Virus record (IMG/VR): IMGVR_UViG_3300044858_003017
Origin: a virus
Direction: 5' to 3' (one strand)
Length of the DNA: 64,000 bases
Of the stretch, positions 28,920-38,555 are shown piece by piece (positions within the stretch are counted from its first letter, which is position 1; each line of letters begins with the position of its first letter). Position numbers and translations under genes: made by a program. The notes below the pieces were generated by a model. That model was not told where the DNA came from. It did no database searches and saw nothing but the letters and a program-made list of their open reading frames with translations.

Positions 28920-30133
28920 CTCCCTTTAACTACAATGACATCAGTTGCACTAAGTGTATATCCTAATTCTGTAGTATCAAAAACAATTGTTTGTGATGTA
29001 ATGTCACTAGGCGTCCATGTATATACTATTTTATCAATATACTGACCATTGATAAATACATCAAATTCATTTTTAGATGCAACTGCAAAGGTAACCGGAT
29101 TAACTGCTGCTAATGCCGGAATAGTTATCGTAGTTGCATTTGAATATGTTGCAATCTCTTCAGTTAATTCGGTTAAGTATGACATTACTTGTGCATTAAT
29201 TGTTATAGCTCCAGATGGAGTATTAGCAACAACCTGTCCTCCAGAAAATATATTAGCTTGTTGTTGTAATATTGCAGTTGGTAATGCAATCGATTCAAAT
29301 ATATTTTGTTCAACATCGACTACTATATCAAACGTAACTCGTTTTACGGAATACATTTTTTTCAACGTTGATATTCTAGCTTCTTGACCAGAAAGTAAAG
29401 TTGCTTGCACCGTTAACGGTAATGTTGCACGAACCAAACGATCTTCGCCAACGGTATTTACGGTTTCGAATGATATTGATCCAATTGTTGTTGCAAATTT
29501 ATTTGATTCATTTCCCCAAGCAAATCGGCTGTATGTAAATATTTGATCTACTAATTCATTAAGTTGTGTAGTAAAATCACACCAAACTAACATTTCATAT
29601 TCAACAGTTACATATTTTGGGATATCAACAATCATTACTTGTTGTGATGATTGTGGTTGTTGAAGTGGTATTGGAAATAATTCATCTTCATAACGATTTT
29701 TTTCATTATATCTTTGTCGATATACAATTTGATTTCCAGCTTGTGGCCAATTGACATCCAATGTTTTAAATGAATCTCGTTCTGCTACCGAACTTCTTTT
29801 TAACATAATTAATGGTGACTGTAACATGCCTTTTTCATCGCGTAAATATCCTAGGCGCTGTACATTGTCCCACTTTTCACCATTTGCATAAATTACTGGT
29901 ACTGATATAATAGTTTGTTGTGCTTTAATTTGCGGTTGAATTTCATTTTCAACATACCATTTAATGGCATAATCTACATCATATAATGTTCTTTTTGGCG
30001 AACGAATTACGTCATCATCTCGTCGTGTTTGCATAGATCGATCTAAAACACGATCGCCTCGTATACTTTCTACAATATCCAAACTTGGTTTGTTTGTTTT
30101 GCGATCGATATTTTTTTTATTCAGTCTAGGCAT
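28910..30133 (-). CDS. Tail completion / sheath stabiliser (gp15-like)
   Basis: VPVIYANGEKW, PLIMLKR, PKYVTVEYE; follows the neck genes. Confidence 0.7.
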   Translation of the reverse strand: MPRLNKKNIDRKTNKPSLDIVESIRGDRVLDRSMQTRRDDDVIRSPKRTLYDVDYAIKWYVENEIQPQIKAQQTIISVPVIYANGEKWDNVQRLGYLRDEKGMLQSPLIMLKRSSVAERDSFKTLDVNWPQAGNQIVYRQRYNEKNRYEDELFPIPLQQPQSSQQVMIVDIPKYVTVEYEMLVWCDFTTQLNELVDQIFTYSRFAWGNESNKFATTIGSISFETVNTVGEDRLVRATLPLTVQATLLSGQEARISTLKKMYSVKRVTFDIVVDVEQNIFESIALPTAILQQQANIFSGGQVVANTPSGAITINAQVMSYLTELTEEIATYSNATTITIPALAAVNPVTFAVASKNEFDVFINGQYIDKIVYTWTPSDITSQTIVFDTTELGYTLSATDVIVVKGRWA

Positions 30134-30657
30134 TAGATTCCTTTCCTAAATGCGGGAGATTGATTACTACCCCCTCGACGTATATCGGTAATATTTTGTG
30201 GTGTTTGACGAGTTGTATGTGCATCACATAATACTGAAACACTATATCCATATGTATTTCCATTTGGCCATGTATCTGGATTCTTACCTACAAAATATTG
30301 ATTTGATTCTACATTATCAATTTCATAATATTCATTGTCCCAAAATATAATATCACCAACTTCGGGATACAATGTAACGGTTTCTAATAAATCTCGAGAC
30401 AATGCAAATTGTGCCGTTCTAGTATATGAATGTCCATAATCATCCATTGTTGCTGATTTATTTTCTTTAGTTATAATGCAAGGCATTAAAATAGAATTGT
30501 AAAAGCTTTTTTGTTCAGATTCGCCATAAATATTTGAATCGCTTTGTTCTACAATTAATTTGTAATAAAGAATCTCAGTATCAATGATTGCATTAATTAA
30601 TTCTGAATTAATTGCTGCTAAAAATTTTGCATCTCGTTGACTGCCAAAAAGTGCCAT
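30133..30657 (-). CDS. Neck / head-closure protein (gp14-like)
   Basis: NIYGES, PEVGDII.W..EYYEI. Confidence 0.75.
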   Translation of the reverse strand: MALFGSQRDAKFLAAINSELINAIIDTEILYYKLIVEQSDSNIYGESEQKSFYNSILMPCIITKENKSATMDDYGHSYTRTAQFALSRDLLETVTLYPEVGDIIFWDNEYYEIDNVESNQYFVGKNPDTWPNGNTYGYSVSVLCDAHTTRQTPQNITDIRRGGSNQSPAFRKGI

Positions 30658-30668
30658 GTAATTCCCCC

Positions 30669-31895
30669 TTATCCAACATAAATTTTTAATGGAACTTTTG
30701 CTAACATCTCATGCATTTGAGTCGATTCAGCATTTTGACGAGTCATCATGTTTTCTTTAGTTAATTTATCTAAAAATTCTCGCAATTGCGTTATAAGCGT
30801 TTCTTTTTCAGATTGACCTTGTGATGTTAAATCACCTCCATTAAGTGTTACTTCACCATTTGGAATGGGAACACTACTGTATTTACCCCGTACAAATCCT
30901 AACATTTCTTTTGCAAGCGCCGTACCGTATTTAAAAATCCACGCACGCCCCATATCATTAATGTTACTGTATGTTTGATATGTATATGGTATATTTGATG
31001 CGTCACTTACAACATCGTTTAAAAGTGCTGTATTGCCAAATAATACGCTTTGATTGTCTTTATCTTCTGTAACTATAAAATCTACATATACATTTTTAAA
31101 GTATGGTGTTGCTGAGCTTGATCCGGTTGGGGCAACTGGAACTGGCCAAAATTTAATATCATCTCCATGTAGCTCAAATGAATAGCTAGATTTTCTTACA
31201 GTATCATTAAATTCAATTGCTTGCAATCTAAATAAATCTGCATTAATTGGCATCATCATAAATGATACTGACGGAGAAAATCCTCCAAAATCAAATGCAT
31301 CGAGTAATTGTTGAGAACCTAAACCTGTTCCTACAAACGGGTCAAAGTATCTTACAATGGCAGGGGGTGGATTATGAAGTACTCGTTTTACTTCAATTGA
31401 CCCTGATGATAATACTAATCCTAAAGATTTTGATATTGCGGTTATTAAATTATATGTTTGTTGTCCTGGCTCAACATCAATTCTTGCAGTTTTCCAAGAT
31501 AATGTTCCTCCAGAATCTGCTTCAGTGCCATATGCTTTTGAAAGCTTAGTTATATATCCAAATGAATTTCCAACTAATGCGCCGGTAAAACTTTCATCTG
31601 TTAAAAATGCAGATTCTGTTTTTATACCTAAAGTGTTAACTAAATTATTAACAATATTAACTTGATTAACTTGATTTGAATACTCAACAATTGCTGCTTC
31701 AAATGCCGTATAAAAATTAATATCTTGCAATTCTACATCCATGATTGGATATCCCAATGTTTGGGCAGCTAATTTGGCAAATTTGTCAGCATGTTGTTGA
31801 AACACAGCATCATTATCAAAAAATCCAAAAGGAGTATCACCGGGCTGAAATGAACTAGACCCGGGCCATATTGGTTTTTGAACGCTGTAATCCAT
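30669..31895 (-). CDS. Neck / head-tail adaptor protein (gp13-like)
   Basis: LGYP..DVEL, AKEMLG.VRGKY..VP.P.GEVTLNG. Confidence 0.8.
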   Translation of the reverse strand: MDYSVQKPIWPGSSSFQPGDTPFGFFDNDAVFQQHADKFAKLAAQTLGYPIMDVELQDINFYTAFEAAIVEYSNQVNQVNIVNNLVNTLGIKTESAFLTDESFTGALVGNSFGYITKLSKAYGTEADSGGTLSWKTARIDVEPGQQTYNLITAISKSLGLVLSSGSIEVKRVLHNPPPAIVRYFDPFVGTGLGSQQLLDAFDFGGFSPSVSFMMMPINADLFRLQAIEFNDTVRKSSYSFELHGDDIKFWPVPVAPTGSSSATPYFKNVYVDFIVTEDKDNQSVLFGNTALLNDVVSDASNIPYTYQTYSNINDMGRAWIFKYGTALAKEMLGFVRGKYSSVPIPNGEVTLNGGDLTSQGQSEKETLITQLREFLDKLTKENMMTRQNAESTQMHEMLAKVPLKIYVG

Positions 31896-31918
31896 TATGC
31901 TCCTTTTTTATATAAATA

Positions 31919-32584
31919 TCAATACGTTTCATTTAGAAGTTTTAAAATTTCATTTAATGATTCGTGACGATGATTATCTAATAATATAATTTCATTTACA
32001 TATTGTGATTTTGTCAATTTAGGTACTTCGTGCACTGCTGAATCATTTGCAAACTTTAAATCTATTTGATATCTATCACCCGTAAGTATCATGATACTAT
32101 CTTTACCCAATCTAGAAACAACCATTTGAAGTTGTTGTTTAGTTAAGTTTTGAAATTCGTCTACGATACAAACTGCATGATCAAATGTACGCCCTCGGAA
32201 GTGTGCTAATGAAACTAATTCAATATTTTCTTCTTTTTCCATTTTGTCTAATATTTCTGGTTTATTATAAACCTTACGCATATTGCTACGCAATGGAACT
32301 AACCATGGATCCATTTTTTCTGCTAATGAACCAGGAAGAAATCCATTATCTTCATTTGATACGGTAGGACGTGTTATGATAATTTTATTAATTTGTCGTT
32401 TAAAAAACATATCTAATGCAACTTGAACTGCTAACAATGTTTTACCAGATCCAGCTTTGCCTAATATAAAATTAAATGGAGTTTCTATAATTTTTGATTT
32501 TGCTTGTTTTTGTTCTTCTGATAATGTTATTGAAAATTTAATATCAGTTTTAGGTGGAGTTTTTTCCCGATTTTGTGTAGCCAT
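31919..32584 (-). CDS. phoH: PhoH family ATPase
   Basis: GKAGSGKT, ITRP, GFLPG..EKMDPW, RGRTF, DEFQN, RLG, GDxxQID. Confidence 0.92.
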   Translation of the reverse strand: MATQNREKTPPKTDIKFSITLSEEQKQAKSKIIETPFNFILGKAGSGKTLLAVQVALDMFFKRQINKIIITRPTVSNEDNGFLPGSLAEKMDPWLVPLRSNMRKVYNKPEILDKMEKEENIELVSLAHFRGRTFDHAVCIVDEFQNLTKQQLQMVVSRLGKDSIMILTGDRYQIDLKFANDSAVHEVPKLTKSQYVNEIILLDNHRHESLNEILKLLNETY

Positions 32585-32599
32585 AACTAACCTTTTTAA

Positions 32600-32875
32600 T
32601 TAAAATAATTTTGTAAGCGTCGATTGTTGCAATGTCATATCCTTCAATGTTTCAATTTTACCTAAACACATTTTTCGTATAGCAAAAAATGTTTCTTTCG
32701 GCGGATATGGAGTCATAACTTTTATTTTAATTAATTCTTTATCCGGACCTAAGTCTCGTTCTATATGTACCATTAAAACTAATCGTATAGCTCGAATCCG
32801 ATCTAATACATCAATAAGACGACCTGCATATCGTATTTCTGCAAACATTTCGTATTTGTGTCTTTCTACTGCCAT
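32600..32875 (-). CDS. Hypothetical protein
   Basis: 91-aa ORF preceded by the late motif at 32890..32897. Confidence 0.7.
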   Translation of the reverse strand: MAVERHKYEMFAEIRYAGRLIDVLDRIRAIRLVLMVHIERDLGPDKELIKIKVMTPYPPKETFFAIRKMCLGKIETLKDMTLQQSTLTKLF

Positions 32876-32902
32876 ATTATCATTTTAATATAAATATACA
32901 AC

Positions 32903-32933
32903 CAGTAAAAAAGGGTGACCGAAGCCACCCTTT
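32903..32933 (-). terminator. Intrinsic terminator after the major capsid gene
   Basis: AAAGGGTGGC-TTCG-GTCACCCTTTTTT-ACTG (cUUCGg loop). Confidence 0.88.
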
Positions 32934-32984
32934 CTCTTTTAATTAGTTAATTCGTTAAATATAAAAGCTAATCGAAGTTAACTA

Positions 32985-34655
32985 TTAAAGCGTGTTAAGA
33001 CCGTGAACGTATACTTTTCCGTAGAATTCAGGACGAACTACTTTCTTCGCGTAACGTGTCATAACACCTTTACGTGGAGTGAAGTTCACTGGATCGTATA
33101 CAAGCGGAGTCATAATCAACGGAATATATGGGCTAAATACAGCACCTGTTTCAAGGAACTGTGCACCACGGAATCCCATAAGGATTACATTCTCTAACAT
33201 GTATGGGTTTTTGTATACTGTATAACGGTTGTTAATTGAACCAATTTTTTGAACACCAGCAGCAAATTCCATTTTAGTTCCATCTGTATCTGCAGCAAAT
33301 CCTGGGATAGACTCAAGGATAGTTGCAACTGCAGGAGAAGTTACTAAGAAGTTAGCACCACCACGTAATGTTTTTTGGTGAATTTTATTAGATACTTTTT
33401 GAAGTTTGGTACCTAAAGTTTGGAACCAACCACCTTGAGTGTTATAGAAACCATCACCAGCTAAACCAGGTGTTCCTGCGCCTACTTGAGTGAATCCAGT
33501 TCCATTCCAGATGTTGTTGTTTAATGCTGACCAATACTCAGTTGTTGGAGCTGCTGAAATCAACATATCAAGGATTTCAAGATCGATTTCCATTGATACA
33601 TATTCAGACAACATTGAAGTCAATTCAGCTTCGGCATCAATTGAGTGGTATGCATTTAAATCTTGAGCAAATTCAGGTGTCCAAACTGCTTTCAACTTAC
33701 GTGTTTTAGCAACGATTGGTTCTGATTGCATTTCAAGGTTAATTTCTGGGATATCGATATCCGTACCATCATCAATACCTGTATTAGTTCCAGATCCTTT
33801 GAATGGATTTTTATCTTCAAAATCACCACGTGTAATATCGGTAGGTTGTTTGCTATAGTTCAAGCTAAAGTTAGATGCACTAATTGCAAGTTGAATAGCA
33901 GTAGCTTGAGTGGTTGTTACAACAAATGATGCAGTGTAATTACTGTCAATTGTTGAAAATGCTTGAATTGGGATAATTTCAGTACCAGTTGAACCAGAAG
34001 CAAATGTCCATGAACGTACTGCATATAAATCAGCATCAGTTGGAACATTAACGCTAACTAATTTATAGCTAGATAACGCAGTGGTAAAATTACCGTCAAA
34101 ATTTACAGATCCAGAACCTGGAGCAGATCCTGTTGCCGCATTAGCACTTGACGCTACGGTAGTATAAGGAATTGAATATCCAAAACGACCTGCACCATAA
34201 AGACCGCCAGCTGCATCACTACCAGTTGTAGTAACACCAAACATTGAATCTAATGCGTTAGGATTTCCAAATGGATCACCTGTTCTGTTATTATTATCAT
34301 CATTAAATCCTGGAACTGATGTACCATATTTGAAATCAAGATAGAAAATAAGACCTGATGGCAAATTCATTGGTTGAACTGAAACGAATTCTTTTGCTGC
34401 AAATTCAGCAAAAATACGACGTACCAATGGAAGTGCTACACCTGCCCACTCTTCTGAACCAGCTTGTGTACCTGTTCCAGATGATTCTTTTACTAATTGA
34501 CGTGCTTGGTTTTCAAGCAATTGTGCCATTCCGGCTCTTTCGGTCTCACCACGAAGACCTTCTAATAGACCTGTTCTTTCCCACTTTGCAGATAAAGCTT
34601 TTGCATTGTTTCTTTGAACAAAGTCATTTGTTTGAAGTAAGTTTGAAATACTCAT
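32985..34655 (-). CDS. Major capsid protein (gp23-like); start corrected to MSISNLLQ
   Basis: LLENQ, LPLVRR, VSVQPM..PSGLIF, KTRKLKAVWTPEFAQDL, PYIPL, GVMTRY; SD aagga before ATG 34655. Confidence 0.95.
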   Translation of the reverse strand: MSISNLLQTNDFVQRNNAKALSAKWERTGLLEGLRGETERAGMAQLLENQARQLVKESSGTGTQAGSEEWAGVALPLVRRIFAEFAAKEFVSVQPMNLPSGLIFYLDFKYGTSVPGFNDDNNNRTGDPFGNPNALDSMFGVTTTGSDAAGGLYGAGRFGYSIPYTTVASSANAATGSAPGSGSVNFDGNFTTALSSYKLVSVNVPTDADLYAVRSWTFASGSTGTEIIPIQAFSTIDSNYTASFVVTTTQATAIQLAISASNFSLNYSKQPTDITRGDFEDKNPFKGSGTNTGIDDGTDIDIPEINLEMQSEPIVAKTRKLKAVWTPEFAQDLNAYHSIDAEAELTSMLSEYVSMEIDLEILDMLISAAPTTEYWSALNNNIWNGTGFTQVGAGTPGLAGDGFYNTQGGWFQTLGTKLQKVSNKIHQKTLRGGANFLVTSPAVATILESIPGFAADTDGTKMEFAAGVQKIGSINNRYTVYKNPYMLENVILMGFRGAQFLETGAVFSPYIPLIMTPLVYDPVNFTPRKGVMTRYAKKVVRPEFYGKVYVHGLNTL

Positions 34656-34687
34656 CGTTTTTCCTTTGTTTTTGTTTTTTTTTTGTT

Positions 34688-35821
34688 TTACAATAATCCT
34701 GCTAATTTTTTCCATCTGTTAGCTAATTCGAAGCCTTCAGATAAAACTTGTGTTGTTTCCACTCTAGGAGCGGTTGTTGTTGTCGGTCTTGAAGCATAAG
34801 ATTCTTTAACCACTCGTTTTTTGGTAGGACGTTTAAAACTTTCAGCCAATGTAGCAAAAACTAATTTTGCTTCACGTGTATTTGCTGCCCTATCAAAATT
34901 TTCGATAACTTTCATTTTTTGCGGTTCTGATAACTCAAAATTACGGAACAATTTGTTTGTGTAAAGAAGTTTTGCATTAAGTAAATTTACTTCATTGATA
35001 ACTGATTGAAGATGTTTAACTGTGCGATATGCTTCTTTAAGTTCGTCTTCTTTAGCTGTCAATTCATCTTCCATTGCTTCCATCATTTCATCTTTGTCTT
35101 CTTCAGACATAGTGTTTGGATTCATTTTCATTGATGTGTCTGCATCTTCTTCTTCACGCAAAATTGCTTCAATAATTTCTTCTAATGCTGCATCAGACAT
35201 TTCGTCGCCTTCGGTTGCCATTTCGTCTGAATCGCCCATCATGTCGTCTTCAGTCAATTTTCTTGAACCTTTGCCAATTTTTGAAGAAGTTAATTTTTTA
35301 TACCCTTCCATAGGCATTCCCATATCATCTTCTTCTTCATCATAGCCTTCCATAGCCATTTCGTCTGATTCTAGATCGCCTTCTAACTCACGTAAGATTG
35401 ATTCAATATTTAAATCATCGCCTTCGTTGTATTCAGCAGTCATTTCTTCATCAGATACTGGTTGTTCTTCAGCTGGCATTTCTTCTCCACCCATTTCATC
35501 ACCTGCCATTCCTACTTGAAAAGAATAATCATTACCACCAACTGATGCTGATAATGTATCATCTGTCCAAGTAAAATCATCATCACCCTCTACTTCTGCA
35601 CCTGCTTCCGCACCCATTGCGTCTGTTTCTGGACCAGCTACAGCACCTGCGTCTGTTGCTACTTCTTCGCCATCAATTTCGTTTTGCAATTCTTTTGCTA
35701 ACATTGCTTCTACTCTTGGACGAAATGCTTCTTGTAAAGCAATTTTTGCGTTTGCTAAAGCAGTTTCTTTAACAGCTTTTGCATCAGCGATTGCCTCTTT
35801 TAGCAAATCTGATTTTGCCAT
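34688..35821 (-). CDS. Prohead scaffold/core protein (gp22-like role)
   Basis: very acidic, many [LI]xE sites, EVNLLNAKLLY; directly upstream of MCP; SD aaggag. Confidence 0.75.
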   Translation of the reverse strand: MAKSDLLKEAIADAKAVKETALANAKIALQEAFRPRVEAMLAKELQNEIDGEEVATDAGAVAGPETDAMGAEAGAEVEGDDDFTWTDDTLSASVGGNDYSFQVGMAGDEMGGEEMPAEEQPVSDEEMTAEYNEGDDLNIESILRELEGDLESDEMAMEGYDEEEDDMGMPMEGYKKLTSSKIGKGSRKLTEDDMMGDSDEMATEGDEMSDAALEEIIEAILREEEDADTSMKMNPNTMSEEDKDEMMEAMEDELTAKEDELKEAYRTVKHLQSVINEVNLLNAKLLYTNKLFRNFELSEPQKMKVIENFDRAANTREAKLVFATLAESFKRPTKKRVVKESYASRPTTTTAPRVETTQVLSEGFELANRWKKLAGLL

Positions 35822-35854
35822 GTTTTCTCCTTAAATTTGTTTTTTTTTTGGAAA

Positions 35855-35920
35855 TAAGATTATTTGAAATCTTAATAGAATATTTTATTTAATATAAACG
35901 CTATATAGAACGGATAGCGT
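35855..35920 (-). promoter_or_regulatory. Two-hairpin leader of the scaffold-capsid operon
   Basis: ACGCTAT-N9-ATAGCGT and TAAGATT-N6-AATCTTA downstream of the late motif at 35930..35937. Confidence 0.5.
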
Positions 35921-35954
35921 ATTCATACAATAAATATAGGTATGTTTGAAAAAA

Positions 35955-35989
35955 CAGTAAAAAAGTCCCAACTTTTATGTTAGGACTTT
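35955..35989 (-). terminator. Intrinsic terminator after the bS21 gene
   Basis: AAAGTCCTAAC-ATAAAA-GTTGGGACTTTTTT-ACTG. Confidence 0.85.
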
Positions 35990-36006
35990 AAATTTTCTTA
36001 AATTAA

Positions 36007-36246
36007 TTAAAATTTGTTTTGCAAATCTTGCATTTTTTGACTATACTTAGCCTTCGATATCATGTCTCTACGTTTAACACTAGGTTTAGTAAAAGTACGA
36101 TTATCTTTAACGTATTCTAATACGCCAGCATCTTTTACTTTACGTTTCCATGTTCTTAATGCAAAACTTAAATCTCGATTTACTACATTTATTGCAGTTG
36201 CATTGCCTGGTACAATGCTTTGGTGTTGTTTTTGTTTTTTGTTCAT
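36007..36246 (-). CDS. rpsU: Phage-encoded 30S ribosomal protein bS21
   Basis: INV...ALRTWKRKVKDAGVL...R.FTKPSVKRR matches the bS21 pattern. Confidence 0.88.
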   Translation of the reverse strand: MNKKQKQHQSIVPGNATAINVVNRDLSFALRTWKRKVKDAGVLEYVKDNRTFTKPSVKRRDMISKAKYSQKMQDLQNKF

Positions 36247-36255
36247 ATATAACTA

Positions 36256-36840
36256 TTAAATTTTTCTTTGTGGTTGTTTTGAAGCTTGTTGTTTAACATT
36301 AAATCTAAAATGTTTTAGTTCTGGTTTTTGTGCTAAATATCCTTGAAGCTTTTGTGATTCTAATGCTGGATCTTGTCCTAATCGAAAATAAAAATATCCT
36401 ATTTTGCCTGATGCAGAAATTGTTTTTTTAATTACGGTAAATCCTTTACGTTCAGCCCATTCTTGAATTTCTTTCGCAGTTTGCTGCGCAGTTGCTGGAT
36501 CGCGAAGTACATATTCAATGCCGCCTCGATAATCTGTTAAATTGTTAACTAGTTGTGCCTCATCTATATCTATTTCTTGAATAGCTTTTTTGCGTGCCAT
36601 TCTTCGATTTTTTAAATATCGATCTGATTTGGTATTTTGTTTTCCATCATTATCAATATCTGCATCTTCATGTCCAACTGCATCTAAATCTTCAGTAGTC
36701 ATACCAGGTTTAACTAGTTTAACATTCATCCCTTTTTTTGCCATGGTTTCAGCTTGAGCAGGATCATCGGTTTCGATTTTACCAGTTGCTTCAGTTAACC
36801 CAAAAAAATCGCGATACAATTTTTTAAATTTATTCATCAT
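36256..36840 (-). CDS. Head-module hypothetical protein with an EF-hand-like DxDxDG motif
   Basis: DAVGHEDADIDNDG...SDRYLKNRR; LTE/IQE/IDE possible processing sites. Confidence 0.65.
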   Translation of the reverse strand: MMNKFKKLYRDFFGLTEATGKIETDDPAQAETMAKKGMNVKLVKPGMTTEDLDAVGHEDADIDNDGKQNTKSDRYLKNRRMARKKAIQEIDIDEAQLVNNLTDYRGGIEYVLRDPATAQQTAKEIQEWAERKGFTVIKKTISASGKIGYFYFRLGQDPALESQKLQGYLAQKPELKHFRFNVKQQASKQPQRKI

Positions 36841-36848
36841 GCACCTAT

Positions 36849-36877
36849 ATTATATTAAATTTTTTTATACTATCCAA
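36849..36877 (-). promoter_or_regulatory. Sigma70-like promoter TTGGAT-N17-TATAAT upstream of the 36840 gene and rpsU
   Basis: consensus -10, 17-nt spacer, 8 nt before ATG. Confidence 0.7.
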
Positions 36878-36878
36878 A

Positions 36879-37256
36879 TTATCCAACTTTAAAATAACGA
36901 TTTAAACCTTGGCCAATATTTTCATATGCCATGCTTAAACGTTCTTGCAAACGAGCCATTTCCTTTGCAGTGTCTTCAAACATTCTATAATCTTCTTCAA
37001 GTCGTTTAAAGTTTTTCTTGTGTGCAATTTCATTAAACCAATCAGCATCTTCTGTAACTATGCGTTGTGCTTTTTCTACAATGTCTCTTACTCGCTCAGA
37101 CAATTCATGTAAATCTGCCTTTCCATATACAGATTCTCCCATTGCTGTAAAATTTGCTACCGCTTCCGTAAATGCTTGTTTTTCTTCTTTCGATAACGGT
37201 TGTTGATGATCACCATTAATGGTTTCAATCAAATATTTAAGTGTGAATTGTTTCAT
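36879..37256 (-). CDS. Head-module hypothetical protein
   Basis: helical; leader LKYLIE; coupled to the protease gene. Confidence 0.7.
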   Translation of the reverse strand: MKQFTLKYLIETINGDHQQPLSKEEKQAFTEAVANFTAMGESVYGKADLHELSERVRDIVEKAQRIVTEDADWFNEIAHKKNFKRLEEDYRMFEDTAKEMARLQERLSMAYENIGQGLNRYFKVG

Positions 37257-37888
37257 TATATTATCCTACATTTACCATCTTCACATAAAATTGAAGTAAT
37301 GATTTCGTTTGTTTTTACGTATTTATTTGTTGTTATATTTTTATTTACAGATTCATTCATGTGCGTAGGGCGCATAAAAGCCCCATGGGTTGAAGGATTA
37401 GATACGAAGTCCCAACATATCAATTCAAAATCTTCTTGAACTTCTACAGTGCCTTCACTTCGCAATTCTTTAACAGAACCCAATCCGCGCGATGAAATTC
37501 CCAAAGTAATTCCTGCTCTAAAAAGTTCTTTAAGAATCTTACCAGATGGTGTATCTAAAACTTGTACAGCTCCGTGCAAGTCATCGCCTTTCCACCAAAT
37601 TCTTAAAACATTGTGAGAAACATTGTTTAAGTTTACAACAGATGATTCTGGATGATCTAATTCCCCCAATGCTCTATGTTGATTAATATATTCGGTTTGA
37701 TAGCGTTGACATTCTCTTTCTAAAATATGTTTTGGATATATTCTACCATTTTGATTTTTAGAACCAGCTCGTTGCAAAACACCTTGTACAACAAATCCTC
37801 CTGGTATTCCATATGTTGCACCATTTGATTCAGTTAATGAACCAACAGGTTTAAATGGAATATATTCTACTATTAGTTGTTTTGACAT
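37256..37888 (-). CDS. Prohead core protease (gp21-like)
   Basis: NQNGRIYP, ALGELDHP, VSH, GISSRGLGS, WDFVSNPS. Confidence 0.95.
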   Translation of the reverse strand: MSKQLIVEYIPFKPVGSLTESNGATYGIPGGFVVQGVLQRAGSKNQNGRIYPKHILERECQRYQTEYINQHRALGELDHPESSVVNLNNVSHNVLRIWWKGDDLHGAVQVLDTPSGKILKELFRAGITLGISSRGLGSVKELRSEGTVEVQEDFELICWDFVSNPSTHGAFMRPTHMNESVNKNITTNKYVKTNEIITSILCEDGKCRII

Positions 37889-37889
37889 T

Positions 37890-38555
37890 TTATTCTCCTA
37901 ATGCTCTCACGCGCTCTGATATTTTAATTAATCTTTCTGAAATTTTTGATAATGCCGATTCTACTGCAGAACCATATCCGTTACGAGCAACTCCAGATTC
38001 TGTTTTTAATTTAGATGCATAATTTACAGTGCGCTCAATTTCTTGTAATTGTCGTGCTACTTCTTTTATTGTATGTTTTATTTTTTGTTCAGGTGTTGAT
38101 TTTGCATCTCCCGTTGAATATGCTCGATATGATTCAATAAGTTGTTCATACTTAGTATCCATCATTTCAAAAACAGATGTTTTATTATTAGATGTGCGAC
38201 GTGGTTTATTTGGCATATGTTTTGATGGATATTCATATGAATTATTATGCCAATCTTTATCATCATCACTAAATGGAAATTTATCATTCATTACTTCTTC
38301 TTCTGATTCCGGATGTTGATATGTATCATCTTTCCAACGAAATGAAGGCGGAGTATTTACAGATTCATATGTTTTATCTTTATTTTTCCACTTTCCTGGT
38401 TTAGCAAATGCAGCGGGTATATTATATCCAGCTACGCCACCAGTTGCAGATATTTCATCTAATTCTTCTTCATTAGTTACATCTTGTGCATCCAAATCGA
38501 TTGAATCATCTAATTCAATAAATTTTGATTCAATTTCTTTTAAAAATGATTTCAT
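37890..38555 (-). CDS. Head-module hypothetical protein
   Basis: FLKE, LDEISATGGVAGY.IP.AF, LIE; C-terminal coiled coil. Confidence 0.7.
   Translation of the reverse strand: MKSFLKEIESKFIELDDSIDLDAQDVTNEEELDEISATGGVAGYNIPAAFAKPGKWKNKDKTYESVNTPPSFRWKDDTYQHPESEEEVMNDKFPFSDDDKDWHNNSYEYPSKHMPNKPRRTSNNKTSVFEMMDTKYEQLIESYRAYSTGDAKSTPEQKIKHTIKEVARQLQEIERTVNYASKLKTESGVARNGYGSAVESALSKISERLIKISERVRALGE

Noticed and set aside
32936-32984. Imperfect hairpin between the MCP stop and its terminator
   Set aside because: AT-rich weak pairing that could arise by chance
34656-34715. 20-aa N-terminal extension of the major capsid protein
   Set aside because: Overlaps the scaffold end and a poly-A tract; an SD precedes ATG 34655
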